DNA of 64,000 nt from Minisyncoccota bacterium (lineage in GTDB: Bacteria; Patescibacteriota; Minisyncoccia; UBA6257; 2-01-FULL-56-20), in contig JARLIC010000137.1 in assembly GCA_031291905.1 (NCBI GenBank), positions 51,762-115,761 of the forward strand. Reading direction: 5' to 3'. The notes beneath the pieces are model-generated. The model was not told the origin of the DNA and ran no database searches. It worked only from the letters and a program-made list of their open reading frames with translations. Within the stretch, counting starts at the first letter, position 1. Every line of letters starts with the position of its first letter. This document shows positions 19,020-27,960 of this stretch, in pieces. The translations under genes were made by a program, and so were the position numbers.

Positions 19020-20669
19020 ATGGCTTGGGATTCAGCGTACTATTCGTCGGTCAACGAAGATCTCTTGCGATTCATCCCGCCGGATAGTAACCGCGTGCTT
19101 GAGGTGGGATGCGGAACCGGGGCGTTGGCCTCGCGGTTCAAGCGGATCAATCCGAAGTGCGTGTACTGGGGAGTGGAGGCTGACCAAGATGCGGGCGAAG
19201 CAGCTCACAATAATCCTGATCTCGATATCATGTTTTCAGAAACAATCGAGCACTTCCTAGGTCGATATCCCACGGAGTGCGAGAATCCCGATTGCGTCGT
19301 ATTCGGCGACTGCCTCGAACACCTTGTCGATCCACACGCCGTTCTCAAGAAATGCGTTGAATGGCTTAAGCCCAACGGCTCCGTCGTCGCCTGCGTTCCC
19401 AATGTTCAGCATTGGAGCGTGATTCAAACACTGATCCAGGGCCAATGGCCTCGAATGGGATCAGGATTGTTTGATGCGACGCATCTCAGTTGGTTCACCA
19501 AGCAAAGCCTGATTGAGATGTTCGAGGCGGCGGGGCTAACTATCGCGAAGATCGTCCCTCGCAATATCGCGCCAGGCGGCGAGCGTCTCATCGACGCCGT
19601 GAAGGAGTTTGGGCTTACCGAGGACGTCGGACGGTTTAGGGAGGGATGCCAGGCGTATCAATGGCTGATCCACGCCGTCAAGGGCGACGTCCCAAGCCGT
19701 AAAGTTCTCATCCGTGGCTTCACCGCCGAAGGATGCTGCGCCCGACCGCGTCTCACGGAGCCGGGCGGAATGATCAATACGATTCCCGGCTTCCGCTACT
19801 CCGAGGTCACGACACAGGTCGAGCCGGGGGAATCCGTGGTCGTTGTACGTCAGCGATTCAACATCACCGAAGCCGCCATCCGCGAACACCTGAAGCACGG
19901 GCAGTTGATTATCGGCGAATGGGACGACGACCCGTGGTACGAAGGGTTCAACGGCAAGCTCAAGACGCCATCCGTCGAATGGGCTCTCAAGGCTTGCCAC
20001 GCGATCCAGGTCAGCACCGAAGCCATCGCCGAACTCGTGCGACCGATCAACCCGAACGTCGCAGTGTTCCCGAATCAGATCGCAGCCGTGGGACCAGAAC
20101 GAGAGTACGTCGAGTCCGACGTAATCCGGGTCTATTTGGGAGGCCAGAGGAATAAAGGCGACTGGGACAAAGTGATCCCCTTCGTCAACGGCATGTCCGC
20201 CGCGAGCCCGGATGTTTTTCACTTCGTCGTCGTGCACGATAGGGATCTCTACCAGGCCCTTGAAACGCATAGGAAGACATTTTACGCCTTCCAGCCTTAC
20301 GAAAAGTATCGGGCCATACTGAGGACGTGCGATGTGACGATTGCTTCTCTAGCCAACACGCGGTTCAATCGGTGCAAGAGCGATATAACCGTAATCGAAT
20401 GCGCGGTGGAAGGCGTGGCCGTGATTCCGTGCAATCCAGAGTCCAGCATGTACACTGAGCTAAGGTCTTGGAAATACAACAAGAAACCAAGCGAGTTCGC
20501 TGAATCCCTTCGCAGCCAGGGACGAAGAGATCGCAGTTGGTCCATCAGCAACCGCATGCTCTGCGACCACTACAAGAAGCGAGCCGCATGGTACGACGGC
20601 TTGCTCGACGACAAGGCTGAATTGGATCGCCAGTTGTTCGAGCGGCTGCCGGAACTTCGTCCTACTTGA
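19020..20669 (+). CDS. class I SAM-dependent methyltransferase fused to GT-B-like glycosyltransferase domain
   Basis: MTase motif I VLEVGCGTGALA and post-I, II and III motifs are present. The C-terminal half has an ..ECAVEGVAVI.. GT-B-like region. GC is lower than in neighbours and the strand is opposite. Confidence 0.65.
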   Translation: MAWDSAYYSSVNEDLLRFIPPDSNRVLEVGCGTGALASRFKRINPKCVYWGVEADQDAGEAAHNNPDLDIMFSETIEHFLGRYPTECENPDCVVFGDCLEHLVDPHAVLKKCVEWLKPNGSVVACVPNVQHWSVIQTLIQGQWPRMGSGLFDATHLSWFTKQSLIEMFEAAGLTIAKIVPRNIAPGGERLIDAVKEFGLTEDVGRFREGCQAYQWLIHAVKGDVPSRKVLIRGFTAEGCCARPRLTEPGGMINTIPGFRYSEVTTQVEPGESVVVVRQRFNITEAAIREHLKHGQLIIGEWDDDPWYEGFNGKLKTPSVEWALKACHAIQVSTEAIAELVRPINPNVAVFPNQIAAVGPEREYVESDVIRVYLGGQRNKGDWDKVIPFVNGMSAASPDVFHFVVVHDRDLYQALETHRKTFYAFQPYEKYRAILRTCDVTIASLANTRFNRCKSDITVIECAVEGVAVIPCNPESSMYTELRSWKYNKKPSEFAESLRSQGRRDRSWSISNRMLCDHYKKRAAWYDGLLDDKAELDRQLFERLPELRPT

Positions 20670-20955
20670 TGATCGCCAGGACGTTCTCTTCTTTCACCAG
20701 AAGCAGCTTCTTGCCGTCGACCTTGAATTCCTCGCCCGCGTACTTCGTGAACAAGACCGTGCGGCCGGGCGAGAAACCGACTTCGATCCGCTCGCCGTTC
20801 GATGCGATCCGACCCGGACCGACCGCCAAAACTGTGCCCTTGTTCGGCCTGTCCTTGGCGACGTCCGGGAGGACGATGCCGCCCTGCGAAACGTCTTCGG
20901 TCGCGTCACGTTCGATGATGCACCAGTCAAGCGTCGGAACGAGAGTCATCAACAA
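20662..20955 (-). CDS. groES: co-chaperonin GroES (Cpn10)
   Basis: GGIVLPDVAKDRPNKGTVLAVGPGR..NGERI...KYAG.E.K.DGK..L..EENVLAII aligns along the full length with the GroES pattern. Confidence 0.85.
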   Translation of the reverse strand: MLMTLVPTLDWCIIERDATEDVSQGGIVLPDVAKDRPNKGTVLAVGPGRIASNGERIEVGFSPGRTVLFTKYAGEEFKVDGKKLLLVKEENVLAIIK

Positions 20956-20965
20956 AACTCCAGGG

Positions 20966-21196
20966 GCCTATGAAATGAGCGATCAGCGATGCGGGACGTG
21001 CGAGCACTTTGGACATGAACCGCATGCCAAAGCAGAGGGATCCCCAGGATACTGCTATCGAATCCAGGAGTATTATTGCCCAGGCCCAGAATTCAAAGAC
21101 CTGGCGTGCGTGTCGGCCGACGTCGGCGGCATCTTTTATTGCCGCCCCGAATTCGGCTGCATTCTCTGGGAAAAGAAGGAGAAGAATGATGAGTGA
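20966..21196 (+). CDS. small Cys-rich protein, paralog A (MSDQRCGTCEH...FGCILWEKK)
   Basis: ATG at 20966. Shares conserved N- and C-termini with two downstream paralogs. Confidence 0.55.
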   Translation, partial: AYEMSDQRCGTCEHFGHEPHAKAEGSPGYCYRIQEYYCPGPEFKDLACVSADVGGIFYCRPEFGCILWEKKEKNDE

Positions 21197-21410
21197 CCAG
21201 CGATGCGGGACGTGTGAGCACTATTGTAGAAGTGATCTACAGGCTGAAGAGAACACGTACGGCACGTGTGATCGAATAGGAACAGAAGGTGGCCCTTGGC
21301 CAAGCGAAGACAATCTGGCGTGCGCTGTCGACAGGCAGGACGGGGCGGATCTTCGCTGCATGCCAACCTTCGGCTGCGTACTCTGGGAATCAAAGGAGTC
21401 AGCGAAATGA
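21186..21410 (+). CDS. small Cys-rich protein, paralog B
   Basis: Start ATGATGAGTGA overlaps paralog A's stop. Sequence MMSDQRCGTCEHY...FGCVLWESK. Confidence 0.55.
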   Translation: MMSDQRCGTCEHYCRSDLQAEENTYGTCDRIGTEGGPWPSEDNLACAVDRQDGADLRCMPTFGCVLWESKESAK

Positions 21411-21691
21411 GTGACCAGCGATGCGGGGCGTGCAATCGATTCGGCGGTCTTCTCAGAAAGGATTACATGAGAGAAGACTATCCAGAGCCTTCTGAGAGAT
21501 TCAGCTTTGGGTACTGCCGAGCGATCAAACTCAATCGAATTCCCAATAGCAATGAACCCAGCGGCGAGCCGGATTGCCTCGCGTTCACAACCGACGTAGA
21601 AGACTATTCAGCAGCATTGATGGTTCGCCCCAATTTCGGCTGCGTCCTCTGGGAGCCTAAACGAACACCGGATCTTCCGGCTGCGGATTGA
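21407..21691 (+). CDS. small Cys-rich protein, paralog C
   Basis: ATGA overlap with paralog B. Sequence MSDQRCGACNRF...FGCVLWEPK. Confidence 0.55.
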   Translation: MSDQRCGACNRFGGLLRKDYMREDYPEPSERFSFGYCRAIKLNRIPNSNEPSGEPDCLAFTTDVEDYSAALMVRPNFGCVLWEPKRTPDLPAAD

Positions 21692-22622
21692 GTTGGCGGC
21701 GTAAATCGTCGTACAAAACCTCTTCCCGCATACTCCGCGTCAGCACGTCCTTCACCGCGTGAACGTATCGCGAGTCCATGCCGTCGAGCCCGGCGGCGTG
21801 GCCGCGAAGGTGGGCGTTGGGCATGATCTCCGCCCATAAGCCGAATTGATCGGCCCAGTTCGGCAGATCGTCCATCATGCCGTCGAGCCACTTCAGGAAC
21901 GACTTCTGCTGCTCGGGCTTCTCGACGAGGTTCTGGCGGTAGGATTCGTTCTTGCCGTGGTGTCGCCAGTAACCGATGCGGACGGGGTCGCAGACGACCT
22001 TGCCCTTGCGGCCCATCGCGGCGAGGATCGTTCGTTCGGTGAACAGGTCGCAGTGCTCGGGCACTTCCGCCATCGCGTCGCGGAAGTCCTGGCCGCACCG
22101 GAAGGCGACGGCGGGCGACAACGCCCAGCTTGTGACGTACGCGAACGGCGTCAGCATGTCGCCGTCGATGACCATCGGCCTGTTCCTGAGAAGGTTCATC
22201 GGCACCAGAGGGCCGACACCGGTGAACCACATCGCAAGGTCTTCGTCTTCGGAGATAGCGAGGATCGCGGTCCACGTCTGTGCATCCGCGAACGTGTCGA
22301 AAGCGATGGTGATCCGCTCGCTGTACCGCTCATGGACGATGTCGTCGTCCTGGCACCACGCGAAGTATTCGGCCCCGTCGTCCATCGCCATCTCGGCGGC
22401 TTCACGCCAGTTCTCCCAGAGGCACGTCGCGTCGGTGCGTCGATGGGAGACGAGCGGGTTGTCTTTGTATTGGTGCATCAACTCGGCGGTCGCGTCCGTC
22501 ATGCCCTGATCGGCGACGAGTATCCGGCATGGCGAGATCTGCCCCAAGAGGCATTCGATCGTCTTGCCGAGGAATTCCGTGCGATCCAGGTGCGGGACGC
22601 CGACCGTGAGCTTGGGATGCAT
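21657..22622 (-). CDS. family-2 (GT-A) glycosyltransferase
   Basis: N-terminus LTVGVPHLDRTEFLGKTIECLLGQ...ILVADQG fits the GT2 start pattern. A DxD-like WCQDDD follows. Confidence 0.6.
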   Translation of the reverse strand: MHPKLTVGVPHLDRTEFLGKTIECLLGQISPCRILVADQGMTDATAELMHQYKDNPLVSHRRTDATCLWENWREAAEMAMDDGAEYFAWCQDDDIVHERYSERITIAFDTFADAQTWTAILAISEDEDLAMWFTGVGPLVPMNLLRNRPMVIDGDMLTPFAYVTSWALSPAVAFRCGQDFRDAMAEVPEHCDLFTERTILAAMGRKGKVVCDPVRIGYWRHHGKNESYRQNLVEKPEQQKSFLKWLDGMMDDLPNWADQFGLWAEIMPNAHLRGHAAGLDGMDSRYVHAVKDVLTRSMREEVLYDDLRRQLNPQPEDPVFV

Positions 22623-22709
22623 GGAGGATTCCGAAGAATGAGGAGCCGCCGCCCCGATCGTTTACAAGGCGAAGGGGGCGACGGCGATTAACACATCAGC
22701 AATCGCTGA

Positions 22710-23168
22710 TCAAAAGAACGTGTTTTCAAGCTGCACATACGCGGCCGTGTCGTTGTACGACGCGGGGGCGTAGTGCTCGACGAAGCCGTTGGCGTGAACG
22801 CCCGCGACTACCGACGCACCGGACACCGACAGGACCGGGAAAAGCCAAGGTCCCGTGCTCTGGTTGCCGAGGAACTCGCCCCGGATCTCCGCGACGAGGG
22901 TTCCGCCCGACGCCGAGGTGGCGGAGGCGAACAACAGGCCCGTGGATGCGACCAGGGTCGACCCAGTGCCGGTCGAAGCCGACGCGGCGTAGAACAGCAT
23001 CCTGGCCGAAGCCGCTCCACCCGAACCGGCGTCCAGGTGGAAAACCATCTTGTTGCGGCCGGTCATGGTCAACGCCGAGCCGATGGACGAGCCGGCGGCG
23101 TAGACGGCGGGGGGCAGTCCGGCGTTCAGCTCGCTGAACACGTCCCGGAACTTGCGACTTGCAAACAT
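22710..23168 (-). CDS. Ala/Ser/Gly-rich structural protein (decoration candidate)
   Basis: 152-aa ORF directly downstream of the capsid genes. Confidence 0.45.
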   Translation of the reverse strand: MFASRKFRDVFSELNAGLPPAVYAAGSSIGSALTMTGRNKMVFHLDAGSGGAASARMLFYAASASTGTGSTLVASTGLLFASATSASGGTLVAEIRGEFLGNQSTGPWLFPVLSVSGASVVAGVHANGFVEHYAPASYNDTAAYVQLENTFF

Positions 23169-23190
23169 GGGGATTACCTCCGGGAAGTGA

Positions 23191-24690
23191 TTAGGAGCCG
23201 AGCGAAAGCTGGACGAAGGGGGACGTCTTGTAGATCACGCCCGAGGGGGACGTCGACTGACGCGGCCCCATCCACAAGGACTTGCCGTCGTGGCGCTGCT
23301 TCCAGCGATACGCGATCTGGTCGGTGTCGAAGAGGAACTGTTCGCTGATCGCGACTTCGATGCCCGAGCGGTTCGCCACGCCGTACTGCGTGGGGTCGAT
23401 GAGCATGATGTCGCCGGTGCCCGAGACCTCAAGCTTTTCGGTCGTGAAGCGGATCGGCAGGCCGAGCAGGGTGCCCGCAGCCTGATACCGCATGCCGGCC
23501 GACTTGGTCCCGGCGATACTGGAAAGCATCGCGGCCTGGGTGATCTGTGAGTTGGGCTGGAACGCAAGGGTGGTGCCGTCGCGGACGTTAAGAAGTTGAC
23601 TGTAGGTCGCCTGGTGGGCGATGAACATCGCGTTCTTAAGACATGACATATCGAACAAGGCCAACATCGCCTGGAGGTCGGCGAGCTGGATCTTGTTCTG
23701 CAACAGGCGGGTCGCCGTGAGCAACGCCGGGCTCTGGCGGATTCCGGTCGGCTTGCCGGCTCCGTCGCCGTTCAGGAACACGAAGTCCGTCTTGTACGCC
23801 ATCGCCTTCAAAAAGAGGCTCTGAAGGACGGTGGCAGCCGAGATGTAGTTGTCGGCGACGAGGTCGCGGGAGATCTGCGTGTAAGCAGTCTGGTCGACGA
23901 TTTTGTACGTGATCTCGCGAAGCTTCGCGTCGGAAGCCTGGCGTTGGGTCGACTCGCCCTTGTAGAAGACCTGGATGCCGGCGGTCGCCGACGTCTGGCC
24001 GATGCCGGGGGCGAAGTACTGGTCCAGGGCGGGCCAGTGGACTTCGTTGGTCGCCCCGACCGGGATGTTGAAGGCGTACGGCTCGATCAGCGACTCTTCC
24101 ATCGCGATCTCGTTGTAGCCTCCGAGAATCTCCGGCTTCACGAAGTAGCCATAGGCGGAGCCGCCGGAAAGCGATTCACTGCCGGCGCGAGCGACGGCGG
24201 GCGACGCGGTCGACATGGAGCCGTCCCATGTCCGCTCCAGCTTGAAGTGCTCGACGAGCCGCTGGTCGGCGTGGTCGCGTTCGCCCTGAGACGCCGACGG
24301 GCGGGTTCGATAGAGCAGCCCGAGGATTTCGCCAAGGCCGCGACCGATCGCCTTGCCGTCCACGCCGCGATCGGCGGGGGATTCGGTGTGCTCGATCGTC
24401 CCGTTGAACGGAACGCCGTCGTCATCGAACTCCATGCCCTTGGACGGAGGGCCTTTACTGGGCTTATTGCCGCCGCTCTGGAGCGAACGCTTGAGGTCTT
24501 CAAGCTCCTTCGTGATCCCGGCGGTGGCGTCACTGAGTTGGCTGCGGACCATCGCGCTGACGTGGGCCTGAGCGTCGGATTCCTCGGCGAATCCGTACTC
24601 GATGTACCCTCGTGCGACCTTCTCGTCCGCGATATCGATCACATCGCCGGCCTTGTGCTCGTCGATGTTCTTCTTGAGCTTCACAAACAT
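23191..24690 (-). CDS. HK97-fold capsid protein paralog with N-terminal coiled-coil (delta-like) segment
   Basis: DLVADNYISAATVLQSLFLKAMAYKTDFVFLNGDGAGKPTGI matches the HK97 major-capsid signature. Start MFVKLKK at 24690. Confidence 0.7.
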   Translation of the reverse strand: MFVKLKKNIDEHKAGDVIDIADEKVARGYIEYGFAEESDAQAHVSAMVRSQLSDATAGITKELEDLKRSLQSGGNKPSKGPPSKGMEFDDDGVPFNGTIEHTESPADRGVDGKAIGRGLGEILGLLYRTRPSASQGERDHADQRLVEHFKLERTWDGSMSTASPAVARAGSESLSGGSAYGYFVKPEILGGYNEIAMEESLIEPYAFNIPVGATNEVHWPALDQYFAPGIGQTSATAGIQVFYKGESTQRQASDAKLREITYKIVDQTAYTQISRDLVADNYISAATVLQSLFLKAMAYKTDFVFLNGDGAGKPTGIRQSPALLTATRLLQNKIQLADLQAMLALFDMSCLKNAMFIAHQATYSQLLNVRDGTTLAFQPNSQITQAAMLSSIAGTKSAGMRYQAAGTLLGLPIRFTTEKLEVSGTGDIMLIDPTQYGVANRSGIEVAISEQFLFDTDQIAYRWKQRHDGKSLWMGPRQSTSPSGVIYKTSPFVQLSLGS

Positions 24691-24843
24691 GGGGTTCTCC
24701 CGATGTTGTCGTGGGTGTTGACAACGCTCGGCGCGGCGAATCTCCAGTCCGCCGGGGAGTCCGCCGCATCTCGAAGACGGGTCGGGCCGGGAACCTGATT
24801 GCTCGTGCGCTGACACGAAACAAAAACGTGTATTAAGATGTCG

Positions 24844-25884
24844 TTACTTGAGAACGACGAAGGGGCCGGCGGTCTGCGAGCCGTCGGCGATCGTGACGGG
24901 CTGCCTCCAGAGCGGCGAGCCGTCGACCCGGAACTTGAACCGAAAGACCGTACTGTCGGTGTCGAACATGAACTCGTCGGCCGACCGCGTCTCGACGAAC
25001 TCGCCGAGTGACCCACAGGTCACGCTCATGTCGGGGTCGCCGTTATTGTCCACGGTGCGGGCCACGAGGGCGTACTGGCTCCAGTCGCCGACGATCAAAT
25101 CGCCTTGCGTCCCGAGTGCGGGGCACTGTTCGACGGGCAGGAGCGGGCGGCCCTTGAGCAACGGGTACGGGTTGCCGTACATCCCCATCGGCATGTACAG
25201 ATTCGCGGGCCAGCCGGTCGTCGTGGCCACGGCGTCGAGCTTCAGCAGCGTGTCGTCGTTGCACATCCACGCCGCGTTGCGACGGCAGTACGGCCAGAGC
25301 CGGCTCCACATCGTGTCGACGTCGGCCTGTGCGATGTTGTTGGAGCCGTTCCGCGTGACCTGGATGCTGGAGTTGGCCGCGATCACGCCGAGCGGGTGAG
25401 TGATCCCCTTGCCGTTGATCATCGACTCGACGACGGCGTACTGGATTTCCTGGCTTGCGGCGTAGTCCAACATTCGTTCGACGAGCGGGGCGTCGGCGAG
25501 CAGGTCGTTGCTGAACGGCGTGGAAAAGACCATGGCTCGCTTGGGGACGAACTTGATCATCGCCGCCGCCGGCTGGCTGGCGTCCGGCGTGGCCGACTTG
25601 TCGTCGGTCGTTCCCTGCCATCGAACCTTGATGCCGCCGAAGCGAGAACCGGCGACGCGGCTGGTTTCGTCCAGTGCGGGCCACTCGGCTTCGTGCTTGT
25701 TGGTCGTCAGGAAGAGGCATCGCGCCAATGGGCCGTCGATCGCACGAGCCTTGTCCCACACCGACTGGAACAGCTCGGTGTCGAGCAGGAAGCCGCCGTT
25801 GGCCCCGCCGCCGTACGTATTCAGTGCGCGGGTGACGTCCGCAAAGTAACGGACGATCGGATTTCCGCTCTGTGCGGTCGTCAT
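24844..25884 (-). CDS. HK97-fold capsid protein paralog (no delta domain)
   Basis: NDLLADAPLVERMLDYAASQEIQYAVVESMINGKGITHPLGVI carries the same HK97 signature in a second, different sequence. Confidence 0.7.
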   Translation of the reverse strand: MTTAQSGNPIVRYFADVTRALNTYGGGANGGFLLDTELFQSVWDKARAIDGPLARCLFLTTNKHEAEWPALDETSRVAGSRFGGIKVRWQGTTDDKSATPDASQPAAAMIKFVPKRAMVFSTPFSNDLLADAPLVERMLDYAASQEIQYAVVESMINGKGITHPLGVIAANSSIQVTRNGSNNIAQADVDTMWSRLWPYCRRNAAWMCNDDTLLKLDAVATTTGWPANLYMPMGMYGNPYPLLKGRPLLPVEQCPALGTQGDLIVGDWSQYALVARTVDNNGDPDMSVTCGSLGEFVETRSADEFMFDTDSTVFRFKFRVDGSPLWRQPVTIADGSQTAGPFVVLK

Positions 25885-25925
25885 GCGATGCCTCGAAATG
25901 TCAAAGAACTTGCAGAGCGGTGGGA

Positions 25926-27071
25926 TTAAGCTTCGCCGCGAAACCAGCCCTTGAGATCCTGGATGCGTTGCGTGTTGGCCTTCTCGAAGTCGTCGATCGA
26001 CCTGAGAGCTTCCTTCAAGATGTCGTCAAGCGGACGGCCGACGAGCGGGGGAAGGTCGGGCCTGGCATCGACGACGGACTCGACTTCCTTGGCGGCCTCG
26101 ATGAATTCGTCGATGGCGGTTTCGACGGCCGACGCGGTTCGCTCGATCGTTTCGGGCTCAACGGCGGCTTGCGTCGCTTCAGGCTCGGGCTCGGGCGTGG
26201 TTCGTTCGACGGCTTCAGGCTTAACGACAGGGACGGCCTCTTCATCGAGGGACCGCTTCTCTTCGTCCTTCATGCACATCTCGACGTCGTCGCCCGCATC
26301 GTCGTCGGCGGATCGCTTCTTCTTTTTCTTCTTCTTGGTCTCGTCGTCTTCGTCGTCGTCCGGCTCATCGGCCTCATCTTCGTCGTCGTCGACCAAGGCG
26401 CCGCCGTCGGCAAGCGTCGATTCGTTCATGCGTTCGACGGGATCGACGCCGGTCAGTGTTCGCCTGACTTCTTCGGGCTCGTTCATCTGTTCAATGATGG
26501 GGTCCACTAGCGGTTTCACATCCTCGTTAGGGGACCAGAAACCACGCACGACGAGCCTTGCAATTGACCTAAGTTCTTGCTGGCTAAGTGCTTCGGGATT
26601 CCCTGGGACGGCCGTGACACTGTACTCCAGAAGCTCGGACGACCGATAAACCAGGTCGCAATTAGCGAGTTCGGGACGCGATCGAATCTCTTCGCGGGTC
26701 GGGACGCTCGCGTCTTTCGGGAGGATCGAGACCGACCAGCCTCGCATCGTGCCATCGCAATACATGTCGAAAAGCTGGGCCGAAAAATCGTCCTTGCCGA
26801 AAATCGTCTTGGCGAGCAGTCGTTCCGTGTTGTCCTTCTCGACCCGAACCCACTGGTTGCGACCAATCGGAAGCGATCCTCGCAGGGGGTCTTTGCCGTG
26901 CTCGAACAGCACAACGGGGTTGGTCCTGTACGCGACAAGGTCGATGCCTCGCGGCTCGATCACGGTCTTGTAGCGATCGACGGCGCGAGTCCCGATCTTG
27001 GCGACGACGGACCTCTCGGCGGGCTTGACGTCGTCAACGACGGCGGCAAAGGAGCGGATGATTTGATTCAT
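25926..27071 (-). CDS. prohead protease (S78/HK97-type) fused to acidic/Lys-rich scaffold-like C-terminus
   Basis: GTMRGWSVSI matches the GxxxGWSxGF-type S78 motif. The C-terminal half is D/E-rich with a KKKKKKK run and coiled-coil character. Confidence 0.7.
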   Translation of the reverse strand: MNQIIRSFAAVVDDVKPAERSVVAKIGTRAVDRYKTVIEPRGIDLVAYRTNPVVLFEHGKDPLRGSLPIGRNQWVRVEKDNTERLLAKTIFGKDDFSAQLFDMYCDGTMRGWSVSILPKDASVPTREEIRSRPELANCDLVYRSSELLEYSVTAVPGNPEALSQQELRSIARLVVRGFWSPNEDVKPLVDPIIEQMNEPEEVRRTLTGVDPVERMNESTLADGGALVDDDEDEADEPDDDEDDETKKKKKKKRSADDDAGDDVEMCMKDEEKRSLDEEAVPVVKPEAVERTTPEPEPEATQAAVEPETIERTASAVETAIDEFIEAAKEVESVVDARPDLPPLVGRPLDDILKEALRSIDDFEKANTQRIQDLKGWFRGEA

Positions 27072-27109
27072 ATCGGGGCTCGCAAGATGGGGCGTGGCCC
27101 CGAACAGGA

Positions 27110-27400
27110 TCAGTCGTTGTCGACGACGAACTGGGGCGGGACGTAGCTCGACTCGACCACGTCCTTCACGGCTTCGGTGCCAGTCGCCGGTGCGTGAAAC
27201 GCACCGAGGTCCGACACCGGGAGCCAGATGCCGTCGATGCGGTGATACATCGCGACCGGGAAAGTGCAGGTGATCACGTCGCCCGGCTTGGCCCTAGCGA
27301 TCTCCGTGACGTTATCCTGGAACTTAGCCCGGTCTTCTGCGGTGAGATGGTCGACCGGCGAGACGAGAAGGGGAGGGGGGAGGGGCATGATCAGTTCCAA
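27110..27400 (-). CDS. hypothetical protein
   Basis: 96-aa ORF. Confidence 0.35.
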   Translation of the reverse strand: MELIMPLPPPLLVSPVDHLTAEDRAKFQDNVTEIARAKPGDVITCTFPVAMYHRIDGIWLPVSDLGAFHAPATGTEAVKDVVESSYVPPQFVVDND

Positions 27401-27945
27401 GCCTTGCGGATTCGGTTGAGTTTCGTGAGGCTGGAGAGCATGACTTTGCTCTTTTGTTCAAGGCCGACGTTGTGACGACGTGGGGTTCCGGCTCGGTCGG
27501 TGTGAACTGCTGTCAGGCTGGTTCGCTTCGTGACGCCGACGTTATGCATCGCGTTAGCGGCCGAGATGTGCGGCCGGATATTGGCCTTGATCTTTCGCGG
27601 AGTGTGATTGGGGTTTATGCTGGTTCCAGCCGAGATGTTCGTGCTGACTCCGGCCATCTTGCCCGTGAGAAATGCAGGACCGGCGGCGTTCATCGCAGGC
27701 CGCAAGAAGGGGTGGGGGCGCATTTTCCAGGTGCCGAATTCCTGCGGGATCGCGTGGTTTGTTCCGGCGTAGAGCGTCAGAGTCTTCGTTGCTCTGTCGT
27801 AACGGTAGCCGATCGACTTTTGCAGATCCCCGGAGTCGACGGCTACCATGGTTTCCGCAATCGCCACCATCGCTTGGCCGGCGGCGTGCATTCGTTTTTC
27901 AACGAGGTCGTCAATCCACTTCGTGGGGTTCCACTGGATGCCCAT
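27391..27945 (-). CDS. HK97 gp10-family phage protein
   Basis: SGDLQKSIGY...LYAGTNHAIPQEFGT....PHPFLRPA matches the gp10-family pattern. Confidence 0.5.
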   Translation of the reverse strand: MGIQWNPTKWIDDLVEKRMHAAGQAMVAIAETMVAVDSGDLQKSIGYRYDRATKTLTLYAGTNHAIPQEFGTWKMRPHPFLRPAMNAAGPAFLTGKMAGVSTNISAGTSINPNHTPRKIKANIRPHISAANAMHNVGVTKRTSLTAVHTDRAGTPRRHNVGLEQKSKVMLSSLTKLNRIRKAWN

Positions 27946-27960
27946 CGATCACTCCGCCGC

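Noticed and set aside
20666-21196. 176-aa ORF spanning the GroES antisense strand plus the first Cys-rich gene.
   Set aside because: The N-terminal 100 aa are antisense to the strongly conserved GroES. The real gene starts at the internal ATG at 20966.
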